64,000 bases of DNA. It comes from Octopus vulgaris (taxonomy: Eukaryota). Shown here one piece after another: positions 13,308-26,315 of the stretch; position 1 is the first letter of the stretch, and every line of letters begins with the position of its first letter. A model generated the notes under the pieces. That model was not told where the DNA came from and ran no database searches. It was given only the letters and a program-made list of their open reading frames with translations. Made by a program: the position numbers and the translations under genes. Where the stretch lies: positions 43,586,001 to 43,650,000 of the forward strand of contig OX597834.1 in NCBI GenBank assembly GCA_951406725.2, in the 5' to 3' direction.

Positions 13308-13991
13308 TGGTGGTGGTGGTGGTGGTGGCGGTGGTGGTGGTGGTGGTGGTGGTTGTGGTGGTATTGTTTTGCAGTGGTGATGTTGGTGGTGACGGTGCTG
13401 TTGTACATTGTGGCGGTGCTGTCGTAGATGGTGGCGGTTGTGATTGGTATGGTAGTGATGATGATGGTGGTGGTGGTGTTGATTGTGGTCTTGACGTTGG
13501 TGGTGGCGGTGTTGTTGTAGATGGTGGCAGTACAGTTGTAGCTGGTGGCGGCGGTGGCGGTGGTTGTTAGCATGGTTTTGATGGTGGTGGTGGTGGTGAT
13601 GGTAGTGGCGGTGTTGTTGTAGGTGGTGGAGGTGGTAGTATTGTTTCGTGGTGATGATGTTGGTGGCGCCGATGTTGTTGTAAGTGGTGGCAGTGGTGGT
13701 TGACACCATAGTGATGGGGATGGTGGTGTTGATGGTGGTATTGCAGGCTGGCAGTGGTGATAGCGATGGTGATGGTGGTACTGCTTGGTATGGCGTGTAG
13801 GGGTGCTACAGTTACTCGTAGAGGTGACGGGTGTGATTTGAGTGGGGATGGTGGCGTTGGTGGTGGCAACGGTGGCGGCGGCGGTGGTGGTGAAAGTGGT
13901 GGTGAAGGTGGTGATGATGGTGGTGGTGGTGGAAGTGGTGCTGGTGGTGGTGGTGGTGGTGGTGGTGGAAGTGGTGGTAGCGGTGGCGGTA
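13308..13991. repeat. Degenerate (GGT)n low-complexity tract
   Basis: GGT/GGC/GAT/GTT triplets; explains the poly-T/P/H/G/V ORFs here. Confidence 0.9.
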
Positions 13992-14004
13992 GTCTTTTGC
14001 ATAT

Positions 14005-14052
14005 TTCAGTCATGTGAATACGGCCATGCTGGAGCACTGCCTTTAGTCGAAC
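14005..14052 (-). mobile_element. SINE family A tail fragment
   Basis: TTTCAGTCATGTGA...GGCCATGCTGGAGCACTGCCTTTAGTCGAAC. Confidence 0.8.
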
Positions 14053-14722
14053 AAAAGACGCAAGCAAAGGTTTATATTTTGAACATCATCTTACTATTGA
14101 ACAACGAACTAGTATTCAACGTCACTGGTTCACTAATTAGTCTAACTAAATATTTCTCAATTTACACTGTTATGGTCTTGAAAAAATACGACATAACCAA
14201 TCCGAAATATACTAACTCTTAAAAATGAACGAACGTCCACTGATTATTATGTCTGCTGAAGTAAGTGACTCCAATAACAGCAATTACCCTGTGTAACACA
14301 GTTTTTGTCTTTGGGTAATAACTGTTATTTCCCCTTTGCTTAAACCTAGAATATCTGAAAAATGGCTAATATCTCCATCAAACTTTGCTCTTGTTACATT
14401 TATTCAAACCGCAAAGAATCCTTCTCCACACATGGCTATGATGATCCTCCGCTACTCCTGATCGTGATCAGCTATGCTCATACTGTGCATATATTGTGCA
14501 TATTACAAATCTGTGGTACTGAGCAGAATATTTGGTATAACTTTAATTCTGCTTCAGCCCCTCAGCGCTGAATCTGTTTGAAATGTAATAAAAACAAAAA
14601 GACAGATCAGTTTTAAAACATTGACGTTCAGCTCACAAAAGCAATGTCTAAAGGAAATAGTAGTTATTTACTTATTTATTATGGAGATGTTTTACGGAGA
14701 TCGTGTGTGCTGAAACGAAAAC

Positions 14723-14956
14723 AATTGCAGCGTGGACGGTGTTTATAAGCCGTTTAAGAAACACACAAAAACCGTTAGATTCACTTCAGCATTTAAATAT
14801 ATTCGTCGCTTTGAGACCGCGACCTGTTCACTGAAAACAGCTCGTTGTCTTAAAGCGACGAAAATATTTGGGCAAATTAAATTTAAATGTTTAAGTGAAT
14901 CTAACGGTTTTTGTGTGTTTCTGAAACGGCTTATAAACACCTTCCACGCTGCAATT
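14723..14956. mobile_element. Fold-back, MITE-like palindrome with a nested hairpin
   Basis: 76-bp arms 14723-14798 and 14881-14956 are near-perfect reverse complements. Inner stem TTCGTCGCTTTGAGAC / GTCTTAAAGCGACGAA spans 14802-14862. Confidence 0.8.
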
Positions 14957-16219
14957 ATTTATTTTCTGGTTTCTAGAAAGAATCAAATAGGAAATAACCC
15001 TTACTGACCAGACAAAACAAAACTTGAGATTTTGTTGCGCAGTGCTATATTACCTTGTGGTTTCATTCCTATCTGCTTTACATCACATCTTAGCATCTTT
15101 GGAAAAGTGAAAATGACACTTTCAGTTATATGTCCTTCACATATAAAAGGACATGTTGGTCTACTGGGGACAAATTTAATCGCCTTCCCGATCAGATCTG
15201 ACTAAAGTTTAAGTGCAGGAACAGCAACAGTAAACATAAGTAACCTAAAAGTACATTATGACTTCGTTTCAGTAGAATATAAAGCAGCTGTGACTGTTTG
15301 GATTTTTTTTTCTTTTACTATTTCTGAACAAAGTTAATTGATACAGCAGTTAGTCCTTAGGGTATAGCGGAAACAGATGCTGCCGAAAGACATTCCGCAG
15401 AGTGGGGGATTAATTAGAAGGGGGTAAAAACTGTTTATGTATTTCTGTAGTGATTAAGAGCTTTAATATTTCCGTGTTCAGCCCCTTATATCCTGCACAG
15501 AAGCATGGAGGACTTCCAACGAACTTGTTAATCAAAAAAATCCTCGTAAATGAACGACAAAATAATTAATAAAATATAATAAAATAATACCAATAACAAG
15601 ATATAATTAATTATTAAATGAAAACTAATTAAATGATGCTGAAATTGGAGTACATGCATAAAGTGCATTCACCAACCAGTACTATAAGCTAATGGTTATA
15701 TAATGTATATCGAAACCAGATTTCTTGCCAAAAAACTTAGGTGTGTAGCAGAAAATACGGACTTCATACGAAAAATAAGGAGCTATTAAAAATGAAAATA
15801 TTTAATTCTCTTCTTATGGCATATCGGTTCGATATGAAATCAAAGACGGTGAAAATTATAGAAGAAAAATTAATGTTTCTGGGGTATTTGTAATTAGTGC
15901 TTAGTCAAGACAATACTGAATCGGCAGAATTAGGATAAAAATAATTCCAGCTGCGATAATCCTGTATTTTATGGTCTGCACTGGATTAGACCAAGTAATG
16001 TGTTTTTTCATTAATCGGTACAACAGAGTTTAGGATGGGATTTGAATGGGTGTGGGTTGTTTATGTTCCCAGGAAAACGAATGACCGCATATTGAATGCT
16101 TTAAAATGTATTATTCGCCATGTTGACAACGAAAGGTGGATAAGGGTGTGATCTGGGGTGGGGATTTAACGGATCGTTGGGGAATTAATGGATCGCTTTA
16201 AATACTTTTATGTACATAT

Positions 16220-16495
16220 TCTGTTACTTTCTTCATTAATTTGACTGCGGCCATACCTGGGCACCGGCTAGAAGGGTTTTAGCGGAACAAATCGACACCA
16301 GGACTTAGATTTTTTTAAATAGCCTAATACGTATTATGATATGGGTCTCTTCTACTGATTCGCTAATTCATGGGGACGTAAACACACTAACCGTGGTTAT
16401 CAGATGTTGCTACACATCGCTGGTCACAATGCGCTTCGCGTTGTTTTAGCCTTCAAATGACGCCACCCCGCTCGCTGAGCGAACAGGCCAATATA

Positions 16496-16567
<72 letters not shown>

Positions 16568-16724
16568 GCTTCTTTCAGTTTCCATCTAACAAATCCACTC
16601 GCAATGCTTTGGTCGGACCGGAAATATAGTGGAAGACACTTGACAAGGGTACCACGCAGAGGGATTGAACGCGGAAATATGTTGTTGATAATCAAGCTTC
16701 TTACCACACAACCACGCCTGCGCC
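16220..16724 (-). mobile_element. SINE family A, diverged variant with an alternative segment (~16405-16490)
   Basis: Head and tail match family A, but the segment ATGTTGCTACACATCGCTGG...GAACAGGCCAA is absent from the other copies. Confidence 0.8.
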
Positions 16725-16849
16725 TATTTATGTACATGAAAATCCTTTACAATTTACAGCCTATCCCTCAATCCACAAATTCATGAAAAGTGTTTTGAGC
16801 AGAAACTTGACTTGTATCAATGCTTTGATGATTTCGTCAAGGCAAAATC

Positions 16850-17040
16850 GTGAGGACGTCGGGCAAAAATGCTTAGCGGCATTTCGTTGGTTTCTGCTTT
16901 CTGAGTTCAAATTCCCGCAAGGTTGATTTTGCTTTTATCTTACAAGGTTGATAATACAAGTACCACTTGAGCTTTAGGGTCGATGCAAACCACTTACAAT
17001 TTACCGCAAAATTTCTAGCCTTGTATCAAAATTTGAAATG
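16850..17040 (+). mobile_element. SINE family B, diverged
   Basis: AAATGCTTAGCGGCATTTCG...CTGAGTTCAAATTCC...AAGTACCA...GGGTCGATG...AAATTTGAAA. Confidence 0.75.
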
Positions 17041-17490
17041 AATATCTCTATACAACTAACTACCTATCTACACACAAAGTTACATACCTAACCATACACT
17101 CACACAAGCACACACTTTCGTATATGCATATATATATACATACGCACAAACATTCGTAGACATAGATATTTATGTGTATATATAGATGAATGTGTATGTC
17201 TGAGAGTGTGTGTTTGTTTGGAGGAATTTTTCTGTTCATTCTGAGGTAAGAGGCGTGAAAGGTCTCAACTCGATTATCGAAAAGCTTTTTGTTAAGTAAC
17301 CTTTAAGAACGTTTGGAAGTGAGATATTGGAATTCCTTTAGAAAGTTCCAAGTTGAAATTTAAAATGCCAGAAAATTTCGAAGATATTTCAAAGTTCCAT
17401 AAAACTTTTTAAACTTTCGCTATCATTGTTATTTTAATCTCCAGCCCCCTTCGACAACAGATATACATACATAAGCACACGCACGCACAC

Positions 17491-17547
<57 letters not shown>

Positions 17548-17649
17548 CGACTGTGTTCGTATGTGTGCATATAAATGTAAGTTTATATATATATATATGC
17601 ATATATACATATATATAATATATATACTTATGTATATAATATATGAATA

Positions 17650-17690
<41 letters not shown>

Positions 17691-17994
17691 TTGCGTGTAT
17701 CTCATATATTATTTGGTTTGTTTTGCCATTTCTAATCGCTGGAAACGATATTGAAATGTTATGTTTATCTAGCAAACTTAAGCAAAAACACACATGCGCT
17801 CTCACACGAAGACGAACGGACACCCTCTCATACGCAAACACACACAAACAAACACACAAACATTCAACCAAACAAAGAAAAAAACTCGCACACACATCAA
17901 GAGGCGTATATCAACACAATTCTTCACAATAGAATGGCATGCGCCTTTTCCCAAATACAAAATATTTGAACCCTTTTATATGGCAAAAAAATAC

Positions 17995-18054
<60 letters not shown>

Positions 18055-18069
18055 CATACATATATATAT

Positions 18070-18195
<126 letters not shown>

Positions 18196-18518
18196 GTATG
18201 CATATGTAGGTTTGTATATATGGAGTATTTTTCAACATTCTGCTTTTCAAATTGAAAAGGAACAAAAAAAACATACACACAAACGTTTGAAAACAAGATG
18301 GAATATTATGGAAGGTGGCAAAGGTCATTCATTTTCCAAGTCCGAATAAAATACGAATGACCTTTCACATTATGTGTGTGTTCCATACTTTTAGGGATTT
18401 TTTCCCAAATTCAGCAACTCTAGCCTTACTGTTAAATACAAAAAAAAAAAGAAAAGAGAAAGAAAATGTTATCAATAATCATAAAAATATCAGAATTCAA
18501 GTATATCTTTATCCATAC

Positions 18519-18569
<51 letters not shown>

Positions 18570-18598
18570 ATGTATATATATATATATATATATGCATG

Positions 18599-18640
<42 letters not shown>

Positions 18641-18711
18641 AAATAGGTATCTGTATTATATATGTATATATTATATATATATATGTATCTGTATCTCTCT
18701 CTCTCTCTTTC

Positions 18712-18756
<45 letters not shown>

Positions 18757-18761
18757 ATGTA

Positions 18762-18814
<53 letters not shown>

Positions 18815-19145
18815 GTGTGTATCTATGAATACCTGTTTGTATGTATTTATAAGTTTTGTTTCTTATATTTACGTCAAGCCGTTTCTCTAACACTTTTTTC
18901 AGCATTCACACTGTCGGAGTTTTCAAACTCTCAGAAGCGTCATCATATTTTGGTACAGTTCGTTACGAGTTCAAATCTCACTCATTGCTTCGACTTTGAG
19001 TTTCATCGCTTCTCTCTCAGCTAATATTTGTTGTGATCGATTACCTGCTATTTATCGCGTAGCTCAATCCTTCTGCGAACTGACCAGGGTCACATAGCAC
19101 CAAATAAATCCCGAAGTGATTGATTTGTCATTTTACCTAGGTATA

Positions 19146-19347
19146 CAGTAATTCCTCACCATATCACGGTTCCCCTATCGCACACTCAATACATCGCAGA
19201 TTTTTATGGCTAATATATGTAAAATTATATCGCGGACTCCTCAGTATATCGCGGAATCCTCAGTACATCGCGGGTTCCTTTTTAAATCTTAATTATTTCT
19301 GTGGGAGGTTTTGGAACCTAACTCTCTCGATAGTCGAGGGATTATTG
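19146..19347. mobile_element. pogo/Tigger-like MITE
   Basis: Left end TA|CAGTAATTCCTCACCATATCACGG; right end read on the minus strand CAATAATCCCTCGACTATCG. Internal 19-bp repeats TATATCGCGGA(C/A)TCCTCAG. Confidence 0.6.
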
Positions 19348-19419
19348 AAGTGTATTAAGGAGTACAGAGTCAAATATGAACTTTATGAAGTTGGTAAAAT
19401 GTAATTTTGAAGGACATGT

Positions 19420-19476
19420 ATGGAGGGTAACTTTCTAGGTGCAATCCCATAGTAATTAATGACCGAAGGGGGTCTC
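19420..19476 (+). mobile_element. SINE family D tail fragment
   Basis: GAGGGTAACTTTCTAGGTGCAATCCCAT..TGACCGAAGGGGGTCT matches the 3' end of 32782-33123. Confidence 0.65.
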
Positions 19477-19702
19477 TCAATAGCAACCCCAGTTGGTAAC
19501 CGTGAGCGATAAAATAACTTTTTCCAGCTTATCGAACTTCTATAAACCACTTCTGTTCCAGAAAGTTCTTTATTTTTATAACTATTACAGACAGCTCGAA
19601 GCTTACTAACTACCTACACTTGGATCCTTGGATCTTACTTTTACATATATATATACATACGTACATAATACACACACACACACGCACACGCACACACACA
19701 CA

Positions 19703-19749
<47 letters not shown>

Positions 19750-19780
19750 GTATTTACATATATGTACATACGTATGCATG

Positions 19781-20130
19781 CACAGGACGTCACAGAACAT
19801 AAACACCATGAAGTCCGAAAACAACATGAAATACGAAATATGAAAACATGGAATACGAACTATTTTTGCGAACAACAAATGAAACAAATGGAAAACAAGA
19901 TAAGCAACATAAAAATGGCCCTTCATCAGTTGTCGACTGTTTTTCTACTCACTATTTCGAGAAAAACAGCCGACAACGGATGGAATGTCGGTTTTTTTTT
20001 ATATTGCTTGTCTTATTTTCTATTCGTTTCTTTCGTTGTTCGTTCATAAATATCGTATTCAATGTTTTCGTATTTCTTATTCCATGTTGTTTTCGGATTT
20101 CATATTGTATACGTTCTGTGACGTCCTGTG
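19781..20130. repeat. 350-bp imperfect palindrome (inverted pair of one repeat)
   Basis: Outer ends CACAGGACGTCACAGAAC / GTTCTGTGACGTCCTGTG; inner ends GTTGTCGACTGTTTTTCT / AGAAAAACAGCCGACAAC; 13-nt spacer at 19947-19959. Confidence 0.85.
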
Positions 20131-20202
20131 GCCATATATGCTTATGCTGTTAAGCCTCTTGCCCGGCGTGCTAACGTTTCTGCCAGGTCGCCACCTTGTT
20201 AA

Positions 20203-20628
20203 TAATAATAATGATAACTATAATAAAAATAATGAGGAGGAGGAGGAGAAAGGGGATTTTGCAACTGATGACAACGATGACGACGACGACGACGACGACG
20301 ACGACGATGATGATGATGATGATGATGATGATGACGACACGGATGGCAATAAATATGATAATGGTGATGATGCTGATGATGATGCTGCTACCGATGATAA
20401 TGATGATGATGATGATGATGATGGTGATGGTGATGTTGATGATGATTGCGACTACTTTATTATATGACAGACTGACAACATAGAATAACTGAGTACTTTT
20501 TTTTTCATCTTTCATCCATTTTCATAACTGACGACGACGATGAAGATGATGTCGATGATTTCCATGATGCTGATGATGATGATGACGATGATGATGAGGA
20601 GGGGAAGGGGGATGATTATGATGATGAC
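20203..20628. repeat. (GAT/GAC)n low-complexity tracts
   Basis: Directly visible; source of the poly-Asp and poly-Met ORFs. Confidence 0.9.
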
Positions 20629-21010
20629 AATTGAGTCGACATCGGCAATGAAAAGTCATTAAGACATTGACTTTACTACATTTGGCCAACCAATCAAAAC
20701 ACTTAAAGCAATCAACTTTACAGAGATTTAAAAAGCAAAAAAAAAACAAAAAAAGTCATAAACAATTCAAGAAAAGCATACGAAAAACATGACAAAAAAT
20801 ATAGGAAGCAGGAAAAAGGCTCAGAAATAGAAGAACAACTACAAGAAAAATCAACAATGAATATATTTAATCCAGAAGAATTTCCCTTGAAGATTCCAGC
20901 ACCGCTGTCAAACTGGTACCTTAAGAATTTACAGAATAGATAGCCGACGGTCTGCTACTCGACAAAAATCCTCTTTTAATCCTTGTTGCCTCTTTTGTAC
21001 TCATATATAA

Positions 21011-21049
<39 letters not shown>

Positions 21050-21085
21050 TATGTACATATATACACACATATTTTATATACATAC

Positions 21086-21124
<39 letters not shown>

Positions 21125-21148
21125 TAATATATATATATATATATACAT

Positions 21149-21238
<90 letters not shown>

Positions 21239-22076
21239 TATAAGTAGATAGATATGTGTATGTATATTAACCGGATATATACAACATATTTTATATACAT
21301 ACATATATATATATATATACATATATACATATATACATATATATACATACATACGCATATGCTTATATATGTGCACGCATGACAGTGTATTCTGTAAAAA
21401 AAGACAAACTGATCCAAAAGGTAAAGGGGAAAAAAATGAAATCTTATCCAGCCTCCATACTTATCCTTCGTTCTGTTAACAAAATTTTCCCCCAAATTTA
21501 TTTATCATTGCTGACAAAGCAAAGCCAACAAACAAATAAATAAAAGAGAAGTTTACTATAAAAGCTTGCTGACTGGTCATGTCGACAGGTCTTTGTCAGG
21601 CTGTCAAAGTCAAACGATTTCCTGCTGAAGATCTCATCGAAGTTTCCTTTGCAATGGTCGACCTAATATATACATACACATCAATATATATAGAGAGAGA
21701 AAGAGACTCGCGTACATATTTCTACACATGAATGTGTGCAAATGTGTTATCTGTTACTTTTGCATATCCGGACTCCAGCTTAGATTTCCTGGCGTTCTGC
21801 CAATCAAATATATACAATAATGTTCTAGCGAGGTCGTCTTTCCATCACAACAAGACGTGGATCAACAATTCTGATCCATCTATGTCTGTCTCAGACCGAT
21901 GTCAAAACACAGAGACCGCACAAAAATAGAGGCTTTTGGTGGGTTGTTTTTTGTCAAATTTTGTTGTTTGACGCAAGGGTGGATTTACATTTTATTATTT
22001 TTACTGTTTGCATTTTCAAAGCAGCCCGATGATTCTCTCCAGTCAATCCATTGCATATGACATGCATATACAAACA

Positions 22077-22099
22077 TCTATTTATCTATCTATCTATCC

Positions 22100-22156
<57 letters not shown>

Positions 22157-22185
22157 CATACCTATCTACATACCTATCTACATAC

Positions 22186-22236
<51 letters not shown>

Positions 22237-22253
22237 CATACCTATCTACATAC

Positions 22254-22314
<61 letters not shown>
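22077..22314. repeat. (TCTA)n tetranucleotide microsatellite
   Basis: Directly visible. Confidence 0.95.
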
Positions 22315-22315
22315 A

Positions 22316-22378
22316 ATGGTTAGGGCAGCGGACTCGCGGTCGTAGGATCGTGGTTTCCATTCCCAAACGGGGCATGCG
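22316..22378 (+). mobile_element. SINE family C head fragment (tRNA-Arg-like)
   Basis: TGGTTAGGGCAGCGGACTCGCGGTCG matches the head of 38625-38920. Confidence 0.75.
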
Positions 22379-22894
22379 TTGGAATCCGTATTGGTATAGT
22401 TTGCAACGCTAACTTTTTAATCACCCGATATTAACAAGAATTACTCTAGTTATTTCGCTTCTGCTTGGAGATATCTCAGCTTTCGTAAATGTTGAACAAG
22501 TTTTAATTGATACTTCTCATTAAAGAAAATTCGCAATTAACCTTAATTAATGCAGGGAATGTTAATTACAAATATACTTCATGTAGCGTGGGTAATCGCA
22601 GTATACTTAGCTCTATTCGTTTTAAATAAACTGCGCAAATTTTCTCATGAATCAAAAATTGTACGAAAATGCCTGGGGATCCGTTTCCTATTTTTGATTC
22701 AAAACATGAATATACAAACTATTAAAAAGGAAGGACTTAATAATTTAATAGCTTTTTTCAAATGAGAGATTTCTTTTTCCTAATTTATTTCCCCAAAGCA
22801 TTTTTATGTATAATATGCTTTAGTAATATCTGGCATGAGTGAAAGCTGTGAAATCAGTAGTGTGTCGGACAAACTTCTGCGTGTCGTTCAGTTC

Positions 22895-23058
22895 AGGCGC
22901 AGGCGTGGCTGTGTGGCGAGAAGATTGATTCTGAACTCTCTGGCTCTGGGTTCAGTCCCACAGCGTGGCATCTCAGGCAGAGGTCTTGTGGAGCAACAGG
23001 CGGATAAAACTCTTGCGAGTAGATTTGATAACCGGAAATTGGAGGAAAGCTCGTCGTA
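22895..23058 (+). mobile_element. SINE family A, diverged 5' half
   Basis: AGGCGCAGGCGTGGCTGTGTGG...GGGTTCAGTCCCACAGCGTGGCA...GGAAATTGGAGGAAAGCTCGTCG. Confidence 0.8.
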
Positions 23059-23060
23059 TG

Positions 23061-23107
<47 letters not shown>

Positions 23108-23204
23108 TTATTTATTTATTTATTTATTTACTTATCTATATATATATAAAAAGTAAAAAGTTCGTTATAGGCAGGTGTAAGATAAAATCTTATTAGAATT
23201 CTAA

Positions 23205-23326
23205 TTTGAAGTCCCATTGCGTGACACCTTGGGCACGTGTCTTCTACTATAGCTTCGGGCCGATCAGAGCCTTGTGAGTGGATTTGGTAGACGGAAACTG
23301 AAAGAAGCTCGTCGTATATAAATATC

Positions 23327-23380
<54 letters not shown>

Positions 23381-23572
23381 TGTGCGTGCGCGTGTGTGTA
23401 TTTGTGTGTATCACTTGACAACGAGTGATACTCCCGTTAGCGGGTCGGCACAAGAAACCAATAGAATAAGTACTAGGCTAGCAAAGAATAAATCCTGGGG
23501 TTGATTTGTTCGAGTAAAGGTGGTGCTCCAGCATGGCCGCAGTGAAATGACTGAAACAGGTAAAAGAATAAA
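23205..23572 (+). mobile_element. SINE family A, 5'-truncated
   Basis: GTCCCATTGCGTGACACCTTGGGCA through GACTGAAACAGGTAAAAGAATA. Confidence 0.88.
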
Positions 23573-23594
23573 TGAAAATGTATATACAAGTACC

Positions 23595-23773
23595 TTTCTG
23601 TACGGGAGGTCGGTCCATCACAGGGGTAATAATTTCTGCAAGTCGAATGAATTGGGGCAACGTGGAATGGCGTGTTTTGCTCAAGAAAATAACGCATCGC
23701 CCTGGCCAGGAATCGAAACCACAGTTTTACGATAAGAAGTCCAACACCCTAACAACTAAGCCATGCGCCTCCA
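23595..23773 (-). mobile_element. tRNA/CORE-type SINE related to family D, with a V-domain-like 3' part
   Basis: Minus strand: GGAGGCGCATGGCTTAGTTGTTAGGG...GGTTTCGATTCC...TTCTTGAGCAAAACAC...CCCTGTGATGGACCGACCTCCCGTACAG. Confidence 0.7.
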
Positions 23774-25295
23774 CCATGTAGAATTTGTAATCCCTCTCTC
23801 TCTCCCACTCTGTCCTCGGAACTTGCATCCCATCCTGCTCAGTTATGCCTCTCGTCCTTTCGGGGGACGAGAAATATTGTACTAATCAAGTCTTGACATT
23901 AATTTTTATTTTCTTTCATTCTTGTTTCACTTCCTCGGATTTTGCTAAGACCGACAAAATGGTGTCCAGTAGAAAAAAAATTAGAAAATAATAGAAAAAA
24001 AAAACAAGTTAAATGAAACAAAATAAAATCCACCTTTGGATTGTCACGGGAATATTTCACCTAAATAGTTTGTCAAAGAATCACTGTCAGCCACTGGTCT
24101 AACTCATGATAAGATTTATCTTCTAAACGTAAGAGGAAAACGTGAATAACAATTCGGTTCAGTCATAAGGGAAAGAGAAGTGATGCCATTATTTATGTTA
24201 TCCGAACTAGATTCATCAACGTTAAATTCAATCACTAATACCTTTTATGCAGTCAATACAGTTCCACTTTCTAATGATTTCTATTATTAAATCCGTCTTC
24301 GGTTTGTTATACAAGAGACTTATACGATCACCATTAAATTCCTGCTAATTTATGTACATTCTTCCATTTAAAATTGCATGAAAATAACAAAATCTCATAA
24401 ATCCAAGTTTGCTTTTACTGCATCTTAAACTTTTAAGGAAAAGATTATTTCATCGTAATCCGTTCTGCACCGAAATACTTTCTATGGTTTCACTCGCGTT
24501 AAGCCTGTGACGTCTTTCTGTCTGCATCGTTAATAATATTTGTTGCACCCATCCTTATTAACATCCTGCTTTGCATTCTCTTATACAAATCATTTGAGAC
24601 CAATGCGCTCATTACGGAAAATGCACCAAGAAAATGCACCCGTTAAGAAGGTCGCGACCTATCATCTGCATTGCTTCTACCAACGAACAGATATTCTCTT
24701 TCCTTCCTGTCTTTGATCTTAAATAATTCAGCTTTAATCACTCAGAAACAACGATCATAGTTTTCCATTGCCATGGGGGCCAAAAATTCTGCCGGACTTC
24801 CTTTGATTGAAAATCGATTCGACTAATTCGGTTTGAATATCAAATGACTTCCAAATAATCCAAACGGAATAAAGCCATAAAGAGCCTCGCACAGCAGCCG
24901 GCGATGCACACCAATTAACTGAAGCAGGTTTATAATCCAATTTACTTAGACTAACTGTACTCGAGGTAAGTATTTGGATTGAATTTTCAATATATTCGTA
25001 AAATCTTTTATTTTCTTTCTAACAAACCATTGTTTGCAATATACTGCGATCGGCACACGGCAGTGTAAAATTGGCGAACATGTACATAACACACTCTCTC
25101 ACTAATGTGCTTGCATGTATGTATACCTGCCTAAATGGGAATGACTTTGTGCGCGTTCATGAGTGTGTATGTATGTATTATGTGTGTGTGTGTAAGTCTG
25201 TGTATGAGTGTGCATGTGTATGTGTGTATGATGCTATAGCATGACCGCAGTCTAATGACTGAAACAAGTAAAGGATAAAAGATAATATATATGTG

Positions 25296-25355
<60 letters not shown>

Positions 25356-25374
25356 ACTATATATATATATATAA

Positions 25375-25473
25375 AATTAGAGAAAAAAAAACCCATCAAT
25401 TCAATAATAATTTTTCTAAATGGCATAATTTAATTTTTCATTATTGAATTGATAATAGGTGTTTTTTACTAAT

Positions 25474-25474
<1 letters not shown>
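25375..25474. repeat. 100-bp inverted repeat inside a (TA)n tract
   Basis: AATTAG..AAAAAA..CC.ATCAATTCAATAAT pairs with ATTATTGAATTGAT..GG..TTTTTT.CTAATT. Confidence 0.7.
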
Positions 25475-25532
<58 letters not shown>

Positions 25533-25758
25533 AAAAACGTTAAATGTAAGAGTATTGTTTTCCAGTAAAATAAAGGACCATACGGTTAAATTATAAATAT
25601 AATCATAGAATGGTGGTACAACAGTGCACCAATATTTACTGGAAATAGCAGTCGATAATATACGATGCTTTCATAAAGCTTCCCTGTATATACGGGCAAA
25701 GATGTGTGCGGGCAACGACCATAAGAAATTTCATCTCACCTGTTGGAAGAAAATCAGA

Positions 25759-25792
25759 TATATGTCTAACCCGGATGTGGGTTAGACATATA
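25759..25792. other. Perfect 14-bp hairpin
   Basis: TATATGTCTAACCC-GGATGT-GGGTTAGACATATA. Confidence 0.85.
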
Positions 25793-25885
25793 CGATGTCT
25801 ACACAATATTATAGTGCACGCTTGCAGGGGTGAGAGAAGGGACGGGACCTAAATCCTTCACAACGTATAACCGCGAACGGAATTT

Positions 25886-26315
25886 GAGTAGGAGTAGCTG
25901 TGTGGTATGTAGCTTGCTTACGAACCACATGGTTCTGGGTTCGGTACCACTGCGTGGCACCTTGGGCGAGTATCTGCTACTATAGCTTCGGGCCGACCAA
26001 AGCCTTGTGAGTGGATTTGGTAGACGGAAACTGAAAGAAGCCCGTCGTATATATGTATGTATGTATGTATATATATATATATATGTTTGTATGTGTGTGT
26101 GTATGTTTGTGTGTCTGTGTTTGTTCCTCCAGCATCGCTTGACAACCGATGCTGGTGTGTTTACGTCCCCGTAACATTAGCGGTTCGGCAAGAGAGACCG
26201 ATAGAATAAGTACTAGGCTTACAAAGAATAAGTCCTGGGGTCGATTTGCTCGACTAAACGCGGTACTCCAGCATGGCCTCACTCAAATTACTGAAACAAG
26301 TAAAAGAGTAAAAGA
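25886..26315 (+). mobile_element. SINE family A, full length
   Basis: Head GAGTAGGAGTAGCTGTGTGG through tail CTGAAACAAGTAAAAGAGTAAAAGA. Confidence 0.92.

Noticed and set aside
19226-19279. 19-bp direct repeats resembling a CRISPR or iteron array
   Set aside because: There are no spacers and the context is eukaryotic; they are internal repeats of the Tigger-like MITE.
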